Position numbers and translations under genes: made by a program
Shown: piece after piece, positions 10,806 to 23,275 of the stretch
Position numbering within the stretch: position 1 is the first letter of the stretch
Layout: each line of letters opens with the position of its first letter
From: Paraphysomonas bandaiensis
Taxonomy: Eukaryota; Protista; Chrysophyceae
NCBI GenBank assembly: GCA_965644295.1
Contig: CBFFRP010000406.1
Span: 124,001-188,000 of the forward strand
DNA: 64,000 nt
Direction of reading: 5' to 3'
Notes under the pieces: model-generated
Database searches by the model: none
What the model was told of the DNA's origin: nothing
The model's input: only the letters and a program-made list of their open reading frames with translations

Positions 10806-13800
10806 TTAACCATTTTTCACAGCGAACTGCATTACAGCTTTATCAAAACCACCTACAGAAAATACCCACGCAGAATTGTGATGGAACTTCACTGACTGTA
10901 TATGTGCGGAGTGCCCTTTATATTCCTTCCATCGAGAGTGTGCTCTTACGCAAGGGTATCTGTAGAGTTTGATGAGTTTGAAATCGTCTCCTGTTACCAA
11001 GAGTTGGGAATCTGGTGAGCGATCCACCGTATTGAAATCTGTACCCTTCGCGTCTTCAAGCCATATTCCCTACACATCGTGACAATCGCAATAAAAATTA
11101 GACAATAACATCTCAGAAGCTAGATGAAACCTACTTGTGTTGGCCATCCGAGGAGACACGTCCATCTATGCCATGCCTTATCTCTCACAGATGTAGGCGA
11201 TTGAATTCGCTCTCCTGTCTCCACGTTCCAGAATAATAAATCACATGCTTCACTGACCGACTGCAGTACCTTACTGCATGTCGAAAAATCCAACTGTGTA
11301 ACACTCAACGGGTGATCCCGACATATATATTTCACACTATAGTTCTTTGTCTCAAGGACGTATATATTCGAATCATGAGAACCCACAGCCAATGTATGGC
11401 CATTGGGAGAGTACGCCATAGCACGGATCCATTCAGTTGCAACTGATGTGTTGATGAACTCACAATCAAGGTCCTCAGAAAGTACAAGCACCTTGCCATC
11501 ATAAAGTCCAATTGCGAGCTGTCCATCAGGGTTAAATGTTGCCGCACGACCCTTATTGTTTATTTCACATATATGCTTCATATCTCTCGTCTTACAGTCC
11601 CAAATACGAACAGTACAGTCGTCTCCAACGGTGGCGAAAAGTGGTTTGAATGGGTGAGTCGCTAATCCCCATACTTCAGACCTCTCCTGATGATGACCAC
11701 ACACGACGCGTTTTGTTTCATTCGACAACATGTTCACAAAATATATTTCCGCTGCCTTCGTTCCCAGCAGCAACTTCCCGTCTTTAAACGCAAGTGCTTG
11801 TACTTGAGGAATGATGGATGTGGGAGTAGAAAGCTTTAGATCCATGCTCCACATACGAATCAGCTGAATGTTCCACAAATAGATACACCCATCTTTTCCT
11901 CCGGATATAACACGGGGCCCAGTATCCCCGCTCCCGGTGCTGGCCCCCGAGTTGGAAGGGGGAAGAGAAGTCAATGCAGTTACTGCTCCCTCATGGGCAA
12001 TTTCCACCTTTGTATTGGACCGGTCCTTCCAGAGTAGCAATGTGCCATCAGCCATTCCCGTTACTGCATCGGTGCCCAGATAGGCAGCAGATATGACGCA
12101 CTTTGACGTGGCATGCTTACCAAATAATCCACCTTTAGAAGATAACTCCTTTCGGCCGCCCGTGTTATTTGATATATCCCAAAACTTAACATGCATCTTT
12201 CCACCAGTAAGGAACGTTTTGGTCCCACACACGGCTACTACATACACGCTAACCCCTCTCCCGACCTTCCCGGAGCCAGTGATCACCCCTGTAGAGCAAT
12301 TATGCACTGCCACTATACCATCCGTATCCATCCCGACCGACACAATATGCGACCCATCTCCCGTGAAGCGCACGCTTGAAATGCCTCTCTGATGGAACAG
12401 TATCGACCGGAGAGTGACACCGGTGTTGGCATCCCAGAGAACAATTTTCGGCTTGTTACCAATCTCTCCCGTTGCGACAGTGTGCCCTGCAGGATGTACA
12501 TCTAAGCAAAGAATATCGTCCGTATGTTCCGTGTTATGGACTTGTATGTTGTGTTCCATACTCAGGACTATTCCCACACCTGCAACATGGTAAACTACTT
12601 CATCTGTGCTATCGGCAAAACCAATGTTGTTCCGACAATCCCATCCTCTGTATCCATACACATAATTAAGCTCCAATGCCGCGTCCGGTACATCTCCACA
12701 GTTTGGAGGTTCCTGCCAGGTCGAAGGCTCACGAACAGCTCCTTTCCAAGGCTTGGATGCGATGTTCTCGTCACGGTGTCCCACGCGGCGATTGCCTCTG
12801 ATCGCAATACTATCATCAAAAGTATCCGTATCATCAAGTGGGTCAGCCTCTTCGCCACAGAAAGCCTCAACTATGACGTCTTCCTCTAACACGGTTCCCA
12901 GCTGTTGAATTTTACCTTTATTGACGCTCCGCACTTTAAACGCCTTCTGTTCCATAGCCAGTGCTTGTCGTTCTCTGAGTTCCTCCAAAACATCTGTGCT
13001 CCACAGAAACACGCAGCGATCCTCACCTCCTGTAGATATGCAGAACTCGTCGTTGTACGAGAATCCAATGTTTCTAACGTCTTTGGAGTGTCCATGATAA
13101 CATTTGTCAGGTGCTCCAGGGCGTGTAGCAGGATAGTTGAAAAGACGAATTCGGCCAAAATCATCCGCTGTAGCCAGAACAGGTACATCTCGCCAACTAT
13201 TGGAACGAGTTGCAGCATGAATTTCAGCCCCATCACTTTCTGGCGGCCATATTCCTTGTACGGGCCACCCCAGTGTGCACGTGAATGTGGCCCAACATAC
13301 ATCCCTAACAGCAGATGCAAACTCGATATGCGTTCCATCAGAGCGCCAAAACTTAAGCGCATACTTTGCACAATTACTTTGTAATACTATATCATTCTGA
13401 TCCAAGTCCCTTGTCTTTCCAGTTATTCGGTTATACGCCTGACCTCTGGAATCTAAAACTTCGTTCTCCTTCAACTGTGCCCCAAAATCGATATGAATAA
13501 CGGCCGCAGTATGGGTGCGACCCGAACACTTTGTCATGAATGTATGTTTACCAGTATTATCTACTGAATATAGGTAGATGTCGCTGTCGTTCGAACCCAT
13601 AGCCAATAGAGACCCCTCAAAAGAATATTTTACCGTTTGTACAGTCTTCTGACTGTCTTGAAACATGTCAGTCACAACGAATTTTGCTATTGAAAGAGTA
13701 TTACGATCAGAAACAAGCTCGTACTTAAAAATGATTAGCTTTCCGCTATTGCATGCAACAGCGATGTACGGTAGCACTGGATGTAGCGATATTGCACGCG

Positions 13801-16800
13801 ACTTTTCGTTATCGAGATCTTCTCGGTGTATCATTCGGTGTCCATCGAGTGTCCAACAACGAATCGTGCCATCGTCACCGGATGTGAAGTATAAGGGCTT
13901 TGTTGGATGCGAGGTAAGGCCCCACACCTCACCCATGCCGTGTCCACTGATGAGTAGAGAACTATCATTGACAAGGACGGACACACTCATTTCCTGGAAC
14001 TCTTCTGCCCCGATAACACCCTTCTCTACTACATAGGGCATTTCATATATTTCACTCCCTTGTGTACCGATCAGAAGTACACCGTCCCGTTCGCAGACTG
14101 AACGAATAGAAGCATTTTTGGGGCGGATTGAACTAGAACTGTTCGCAGCTAATTTAACTTCTATATCACTCGCATTGAAGCAATGCAGCATGTTGAGCAT
14201 CAGCTGTTCAGCGTGTCCAGATTGACGCATTTCCCACACGATTACGTTTCCATCTCTATCACCGCTAATATATATTACAGGAGTGCTTTCATCCAATCTT
14301 GACTTGCGACACCATAAACATTGCACAGGACTGCGCTTTTTCGCGTGCCCCATATCAGCACTCCCAACGCACCGAAATCCTTTGACTATGAGCATTCGTC
14401 CATCCGCAGTACCAGCAACACACACATCTGGTGAGGCTGACTCAACGCATAAGACGTCTGGATAGGTTATTTCTTTACCGACTTTTTTCTTATACGATCC
14501 CCACTGGCACTTCTGTGACTTGGAATTTTGCCCTCGCCACCACCAGAACTTGAGATGGCCGACCCCACCAGTGACTATCAATTCTCGGGCTGATGCTTGA
14601 CTGTTAAATGCATGGTCTGGAGTTAGAAAACAAATGCACAGTACCCGCTCTTTGCTAGTTGGCGTTTTCATCACCAAGGACCCATTTTTCCATTCATGAA
14701 CAGCAAGCGAGTACTCACTATCCAAACCCACAGAAGCTAGGTATTTACCAGTAGAGTTAAACGCCATAAGCGGTACGCCACGTTGGTGAGATCCTGATAA
14801 TCGACTTAGTGTGTGCATACTCTCCGCGTTCCATATTATGATTGCCGGATTCCTTCCAGCTTCTCCAGTGGCGAATATCTGTCCAGCGGGATGCGCAGCC
14901 ATCCCGATAATATCGTCCGTATGGGCACCTTGTAGAAACCGCTGCTTTCCTGTAGGCTTGCTTAACACAACCCCAACAGTAGCGGCAAAATAGATGATAT
15001 CTCCTGCTGCATTATATCGAATGTTATTCCTGCAGTCGTGGCAACGGTACCCATGAATCCAGTTGAGCTCGAGGTCTACATCAGTAGCTCCATCCACCGT
15101 CTGGTGGGGGTTTTCCGCCATCATTTTTTCTTTCCATCTTGTAGGCTCAACAATGCTCCCTTTCCACGGCCTCACTATAGTTGACTCCTCCGGACGTAAC
15201 TGCTTTACAAGTTCCACTAACTCCTGGGTAGACTGTTGCCGGTTTACGGCCTCTTGTAAAGGTGTTCGATCTCCAACATCCCCAACTTCATGTGCATAGT
15301 TCAAATCTACTGAGGGATCATTTTGGTAACTCTCTGGTGGTGCGGCATATGCTCCCTCGCTTTCTTCATCATCACTTGATTCTACTTCCTCAAGCTCGTG
15401 CTTCCATACCAATACCGCACAGTCACTCCCCCCTACGCTTACCACATGTCGTCTGTTATAAGTGAACCGCACACAGCATACATTGCCGGCATGTCCTGTA
15501 TGTGTTTGCCGCAATGCCCCAGGGTCCAGCGAAGGGTACCTAAAAAGGTTCACAACACCGAAATCGTCTCCAGTTACCAGCACACCAGCTTCAGGTACAG
15601 CATGACATGCATTCACATCCGTAATTTCTGCATTAAGAGGGTACACACCCTGCGCCATATATATAAGTCACGACACGCGTTACATGTAGTTAGCAAATCG
15701 ATATTATTTCACAGTTACCATTATTTCATTATAGTGATATGACAACTGCCCACCTGTACCGGCCATCCAAGGGTACAAGTCCATGTGGCCCACTCCACGT
15801 CCCTCATAGTCGACGATGCCTTAATTTGGTTTCCACTCAGTTCCCAGTAATAGAGGGAGCAATCTGTAGCATTACTTTGAATGTAACGGGAATCCAGCGA
15901 GAAGTCCACATGCAAAACAGCCCCCGAGTGTCCTCGACACACTGCTTGACGAACAAACTTTACGCGGTCGTCTGATCGATATACATATATGTTCCCGTCT
16001 TCCGAGGCACCAAGGAGGTATTGTCCGTTGGGTGAGAATTTTACGTCAGTAATAGGTTCTTCGCAGTGCTTCCAGGAAGATATTACTCGAAGATTAGAGC
16101 TATAGAGCACAGCCATTGAGCCGTCTTGGAGGCCGACCGAGAGAAGGTTACCCATTTGATTGTACGCCACTGCTCTCGAGGGCTGTGGAAGAAGGCGCAA
16201 GTGTAGCATTTCATGAGAGCGAATACTCCATAGCCGTAGAGTTTTGTCGTCTCCAGTTGTCGCAAACTCATCCCGAGAAGGGTGAGTAGCAAGACCCCAG
16301 AGTTCCCCCTTTGAGTGTCCCCACGCGAGGCGATTCAATATCAGTCGATCGTTCGGTGTAGCTGGCATGATGGCCTCAAAGATGTCACTACCCTTAGTCC
16401 CAACTAGAATCCTGTTGCCTATTATGTGCACGCTTGTAGCAGCAATGTCTAACCCTCCGTTATCCGCCTTTCCATCCCCATCAAGATCCTCAGAAAGATC
16501 TAATGCCGTACCTACTTCCTTTAGATTAGCTGTCCACGTTTTCACCATTCCATCTTTTCCCCCAGTGACCAGAGAACACTCAACTGCATTAAAGTTTATA
16601 CTGAGCACCGGGTCTCCTATTCCATGTGCCTGTACGACCTGCACGCACCGACCAGCGCTGAACTTATATATCTCTCCGCTTGCGCAACCTACAATTGCAT
16701 CTTCATTGAAGTATGCAACGCAAAAGAAGGTCTGCTTCTTTCCCATACGTCCGATCTTTCCCTGTACGGCATGCATGGCTCTCTGGCTCGACCGTAAGTT

Positions 16801-18235
16801 CCGGAAAAACCGTACCTCTGCCTTGCCCACAATACATATCTCCAGCCCAGATACAGAGTACGCGATATCAAAGACATTATTCGGACTGGAGAGCCCTTTA
16901 CTAGATGATATTACATCACCAGTGGAGGTGTCGTAAACAGATATGGTACGGTCAATATCAAGACCGACGGTTGCAATACGCTCACCATTCGGAGCAAACA
17001 CAATATGCTGCACACCCTGTTTGACCATTCCTTGTATTGTACCTAGACATTCAAGAGTAATTGCATCCCATATGTGAATATGCGCTCGTTTGTCTCCAGT
17101 TGCAACGATACGACCACTTGGGTGCATAGCTAGGCATGTGATCTCCGCACAATGACCCTGGTAGCATACTTGGGACCTATCATTCATATTATATACCACG
17201 CCCAACCGTGCCGCCGGATAGACTAGAGCAGTGACTTCGTCGGGAGAAGCCTCATCCACAACATACCGTACATTTCCTCGACTATTCTGCGCTCGCACCC
17301 CATGTACCCATTCCAGCTCTAAATTGCTGTCAGGTCCATCTTTCCACCATCTTGTAGAAACGTAATTAGTCGGCTCATGCACCTGTCCTTTCCACTGAAC
17401 AATTGCCTGAAAGTCGTCTCCTCCATCACGAGCATCATACTCTCCGCCATCCCCATGGGGGTTAAATACAGATTTCTTCGTGCGGTCACTCCGGTTCTTT
17501 GTCGCGTAGAAGTCGGGAAACTCCACATCAGAAAGTTCCCCTTCAGAAGCACTCTCCGCAGAGTCAACCGTATCCACGTCCTTCTTGGCATCTTCTGCCA
17601 CCGCGGAGAGCTTCTCCAACGCACCCATCATTTCGCGATTCGAACGAGCCCAGGTGACAAATTCTTCGTAAGAGATCGTACCACTCTTATCTTTATCTGC
17701 TCTCAAAAAAGCCATTGTCGCCAACTTTTCAAACGTTTCCAGGTCGGGCTCCTGGTCCTCTCCACCACCCGTTAATAGATTCATTCCACAGATAGCAGCC
17801 ATCATCATCACCACCATTTCTTTCTTTGACAACGTGGCGTTGAGATTGAAGTCAAAGAGCTCGAAGCAGAATCTAGCCTTTTCTTCGAACTCGGCCTGGC
17901 AACAGAGTGCAAGGCCTGCAAGCAGCTCAAGCCCATCAATGCGACCATCGTTGTCGTTGTCGAGTGTATCAAATAAATCGCTTAAATTGACATGTTTACT
18001 GACGCTTTCTTTGAACGAAATGATGCTTTCAAATTGAGCTTCCACTAAAGCGAAGCCAAATACCTGATTACGAAACCGTTTCGCCAGCTCCTTAACATCA
18101 GCTAACGTCCCTGTGTGTGTGTATGTATCAGACAATAAAAACTCATAACAAACATTCACACTTACAAGTAGCAAATATTCTTGTTTCCTGAAGGAACTCC
18201 TGCATAGGGAGGGCTGATGATCTGCCCGCTCCCAT
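10806..18235 (-). CDS. EML5/EML6-like protein (3 HELP+WD40 units) with N-terminal EF-hand module and myristoylation motif
   Basis: Three HELP motifs (LELEWVHG, LELNWIHGYR, LELNYVYGYRG), each followed by WD40 arrays and W..WTC.LGWP.QG motifs. First exon encodes MGAGRSS; EF-hand loops DNDNDGRIDGLE, DFNLNATLSKKE, DKDKSGTISYEE. Exons joined by GT-AG introns. Confidence 0.9.
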
Positions 18236-18858
18236 ACGACTCACTCGCCAGCAGACTGATATATGAACTTATATGTAACTACAGATGAGGAATCTCCACT
18301 CGAACAACACCTCGTTATCTTCCCACTATACGCGGGATATATAATAGATGGCGTACGAATATATATGTATGTATATATACCTTCAGTGAGGTGTTCATGT
18401 AACATACACAGCCCGCATAGTCACTCAGTATCTATATATCGTATACCGGCATGGACTGCTCTATAGGTATACGAAATTCAAAAATATCTCATTTTATCAA
18501 ATGCAACGCACAATATGCGGTGTTTTTGAGAAACTGCATTAAAATCCAAGAAATTTTTACAGGAGTGGTATACTGGTATACCTGGTATACGCTATATACA
18601 TACATAGCGCTGCACCACACTCCTGGTGATTCCACTCCTATCTTGAAGCATCAACATCACGTCTATATTAGGATCGGTATTGGTTAGAGCAGCATGACCT
18701 CTCGTATCACTGCGCTCTCTGTTTCAGTTTGAACACATTTATATTTAACTCACACATAGTCGTCTCGCTGGGAGCATTCATTCATTTTCGTCAATAGAGC
18801 CTCAAGCTTTTTATTATTATCTTAGTTCCAGACTGCTCCTCGATAATATCTGACCGGA

Positions 18859-20286
18859 ATGACGAGAGCGAAGATAAGTGACAACAGTCTGGCCTTACTA
18901 TTCAGCATCCTGTTGGCTGTACAGTTCGGACTTCAACCGATAATATCGAGCACGTGAGTGTGATGCGTGTGTATGTTTTCTGTAATTGTGTTTTAGTTTC
19001 ATTAGAAATGATATCAATAAAACCTCCATAGTAATCGGAACAGAAATAACGAAAATTGTAATCGCAACTTTGTCAATCTCTTTCTATTCATCAGCCGAAC
19101 GAGAAAAAGTTTTTAGCGGATGGAGTATATCGGATAGTTTGAAAGTTGCCGCGCTTCCAGCAACGTTGTATGCCATACAGAATGTTCTAGTTCAATACGG
19201 ATATCAGTATCTACCGTCAATGACATTTAATTTACTTAACCAAACTAAGGTATGATATTCAGGTCATTTGCCTTCCGTGATTTTTATTTTGTCAATGCAG
19301 ACGCTCTCCGCGGCTCTGTGGCTGTATTTGTTGATGGGGAAGCGGCAGTCCTACATGCAAATGTTTGCCCTTATACTACTTCTAGCTGCCGGTATATCAT
19401 GTCATGAAGTTAATAGTTGTTCCAACTTACTTTTTCGTTGTAGCTGTTATTTTGAACTTGGATTCTACCTCCGGCAAAGGGGGGAACGAGCACAATGCAA
19501 CTGCACTTGTTTCGACTGGTGTGGTCTGTGTACTCATAGCCTCCATGTTATCGGGTATATCGGCTGCCCTCACACAGAAGGTATGTAATTGATAAGCGTG
19601 CGCTGTATTCTTCGTATTTTCCCGTGTATGATGGAAACCATAGGTGCTTGCAGGCCAGGAACGGCCTCGCAATTCGTTCTTACTTTCTGCTGAGTTGGCT
19701 GTGTTCGGGATTGTCTTTCTACTTGGCCAACAGACAGTTACCACTCTCACTCAGGTTTTACTTCAGCCTTCATTGAGTTATTTTAATTTACTTGGTGCTT
19801 ATTTGAATAGGATGCTACCTCTATACCATCCTGGGCAACATTCTTTAATGGATGGGATGTGTACACTCTCATTCCAGTTATTATTAATGTAAAGTGTTTA
19901 CTTTACTGGCAGTTTCAGAGCTGACTGAAATGTACACAGGCAATGGGTGGCCTGGTGGTTGGTTTAGTAACTAAGTATGCTGGAGGGGTCATCAAGGGAT
20001 TTGCACTTGTAGCAGGTTGTTCTTGCACTTGTATTTAGCGGTTCCCTAAGTCTTATATTAGGCCTTGTTTTTACCGGTGTCGCTCAATGGGTTGTGGATG
20101 GTACTCCACTTGGTGCGTATGACTGGTAAGTCTCCGCGTGTTATGTATACTGGTATTGATATAGTCTTACGTTCAATTTCTTGGATTGGATATAGGATTG
20201 CTGCTGTGCTGGTGTCAGTGGCCATCGTAATTCACACAAGCTATCCCCCGGCACCGATTACACCTGTCAGCAAGAAGAAAGATTAG
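18859..20286 (+). CDS. Nucleotide-sugar transporter (SLC35A-like, CMP-sialic acid/UDP-galactose family)
   Basis: Motifs EITK, ALPATLYAIQN, FNLLNQTK, GGLVVGLVTKYAGGVIKGFA; many short introns. Confidence 0.85.
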
Positions 20287-21475
20287 AGTGGTATGTTATA
20301 CTGACGATTAATTATTCATGTGAACTGTATTAGTCTTTGTATTAGTTGGTATTGTTCCACTGTCAAGGTGTTTAATACTAAATAACCAGTGGCATGCTTT
20401 CAGTAGTTTTCTCCACAGTGTTTGTAGTTTGTAGTGATAGTAAACATTTTATTGCTGTGACTGTCACATCAGTAGGAGTAAGAAAATGCCTTGTATCTGA
20501 ACGCCGGCCGCAGTATCTAGCCCCTCTACTTGGACAACATGAGATACTAGTGCGTTTTCTCAGGTGGATATAGTTTTCACATCTCGTATTCAAAGCTATC
20601 TGTAATATTCTAATCGAATACATAATAGAACTATTAATCGATGAGTTTTCAATTACGTGTACAAAGTCATAGATGTGTGCTGTAAAAAATGGCCGAAGAA
20701 TTTATAATTTATATAATATGTCTATATAATAAAAAATGAAAAGTATTAGATGAAACATTATTCATAGTGTGCTGTAAAGATTGGCCACAACTGATGTTTT
20801 TATATATATACTCTTCTTGTGCAAGCAGTGTCTAATGTTTTCGTTTACCCACCTATACAATCTAAATTTACAAAGCTCAAAAATATTTAACGATATAAGA
20901 CCACATGCAGTGGTGCGTGGTTCAGCCCAGGTGAGAGATGAGAGTAACAAGTTGAGCAAATAGTGCATTAGGGGTCAGAGTGCACGCATACAACGACGAA
21001 GAATTTATAGCCCTCTTAATAATGCGGTATGCGGTCTATAAAGCTATAAAGTAATAACGGAATGAGAGAGGGCGAGATGGGAAGCTCTAGGGGCCCCGTG
21101 ATTCGTTGTCGTTGTTGTGTGTGCTATGTTAAAGACCATCATTATTGAATTTATTGACACCAATGGAATGGAAGCAATAAGATATATTAGTTTTCTGATG
21201 GCTACACTTTGGTTGTAAATAATCGGGGTACAGAGGTCTACTACAGAATATTTATGCCTTATGGCCTATACCTTTTACCCTCCACAGCAGACAGCAGAAA
21301 TCAATTATGACAACACCTTCCATTTCTATTTCTGAGATTAAAAGTACATTGTTTAACAATGATGTAACCGCTTGGGTGAGATAGCTTATTCCGTCAGCAC
21401 TAGTAAAGCTCACGTAAAAACTGCTGAACAATACTATTCATTTATACAACAATACTTCGCAAGAAAAACAAATCA

Positions 21476-22714
21476 CTAAACTTGAGAATACACTTCCGCA
21501 GGAAGTCCAAGTCGAGACACTAGGGACTTCGGAAGGGCATAAGTAGGGTCTATAAGGGGAAGCACTGGACTCTCGCCATCTGAGTTCCAGTCACCCGCAG
21601 CGAAATAGTCCAGAAGAGAGAGGCCTGATATTCCAAAAAAAGTGTGAAATATATCGACCATGTTGCCTGGGCGGTCTGCGATCCCGCCACCTGATATATC
21701 TTTGCAGGGCAGGCAAAAACTATCGACGCCTTGGCACTGCAGTATAAAGAGTGCCAGCTTCCCACGGTCTATCCACGACATCTATACCAAACATACTGCG
21801 GTGAATACAGAAACCAAAACGACAAATTCATACCCTTCCAATTATAGTCAACGATGATAAGATCCACCAGGAGTAACACACATCAGCTTGTTTTTCTGGA
21901 CGGCCATTTAGCCCACCCGAATCACACTGTCGTTCCGAGAGCCACCACCCCAAGAGATCTGCATCAACCACATGCAACGCACCAGCAATAGAGAGTGCTC
22001 CCACACAGCAGAATATTTGACCTGCATGAGATTCAGCGCCGGGAACGGCGCCAAATCCGCCGTCAAAGTTCTTACACCTGATGTTACTTTATTATACAAT
22101 ACAGTCAAAACATGTACTCGGCGCACCTTTCTATGAACATGACTGCTTTATCCAAGTCGATAATACCCGTGCGTAGCTCACCCAGTATAGCAAGGGAAGA
22201 TAATGCACAATAGGAGAAGCGTGTATCAACTTCTCCCCAGCAATCACCAGTGAAAGACCCATCTGCTTGCTGCAGGGATGCAATATAAGAAGCAATTTTC
22301 GACCGCGTGCTGTCAATTAGATTCAAGCGATCACAAAGAGCCAATATCTGAAGAGCACTAAGAGTATACAATATATGAGGATCGTGGTTCAACGATCCGC
22401 CAAACCTGAGAATTATGTCAGAAGCGAATCATGCAAAAACACTATTCATATTACCCTCCAGACTCCTCATCCTGACACTGCATGACCCAAGAGGAAATGC
22501 TCTCCACATCCATCTCACAGCTCAGATCTTTTCCGAGCAAAGACATAGCAGTTAGACCCCAGTATATGCCACTCATTCTGAAGTGCTGAGAGACGGTATA
22601 CTCAAACGACTCCGTGTCGTCTGATATCGCCTTGATGTAAGCCGCATGCTTATCAAGCAAAAAAGGAGGCAGTGATCCAGCACTACTACCACTCTCGTGT
22701 GTGAAGGAAGACAT
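21476..22714 (-). CDS. RABGGTB: Rab geranylgeranyltransferase beta subunit
   Basis: [73 protein letters not shown]. Confidence 0.92.
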
Positions 22715-22782
22715 TCCTCTCTACAAGCAAACAAGCAGTGATTGATGACAAGAGATGTGCTCTAAGTCCATGGACGACCAGA

Positions 22783-22966
22783 GTATGTATGTATGTATGT
22801 ATGTATGTATGTATGTATGTATGTATGTATGTATGTATGTATGTATGTATGTATGTATGTATGTATGTATGTATGTATGTATGTATGTATGTATGTATGT
22901 ATGTATGTATGTATGTATGTATGTATGTATGTATGTATGTATGTATGTATGTATGTATGTATGTAT
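22783..22966. repeat. (TATG)n microsatellite, about 46 units
   Basis: Perfect tetranucleotide run between the divergent RABGGTB and NOX starts. Confidence 0.98.
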
Positions 22967-23275
22967 TTTGTAGGATATGTATTTGCATGCGATACGTATT
23001 CCGTATTCCTTTACACAGCAAGATTTTGTAGTGGAATTCTATGAAGATGTCAAACTAGTGTCATATGCGCCAATAAAAATTTATGTCTTAATTCTAATTG
23101 GCTAGTGTAAGATGCTGTCATTTACACAAATCCGTGCAATAATACTGTTGTATTTCAGCTAGCAATGAGACATGCTGCATGTATGTGTATATGCATGTAC
23201 TGTACCTGCTGTGTAGCTAAGTGAGAGATCATACCCAGCTCATCTTGATACTTCTTTCACTTACTAAGGGACAAG

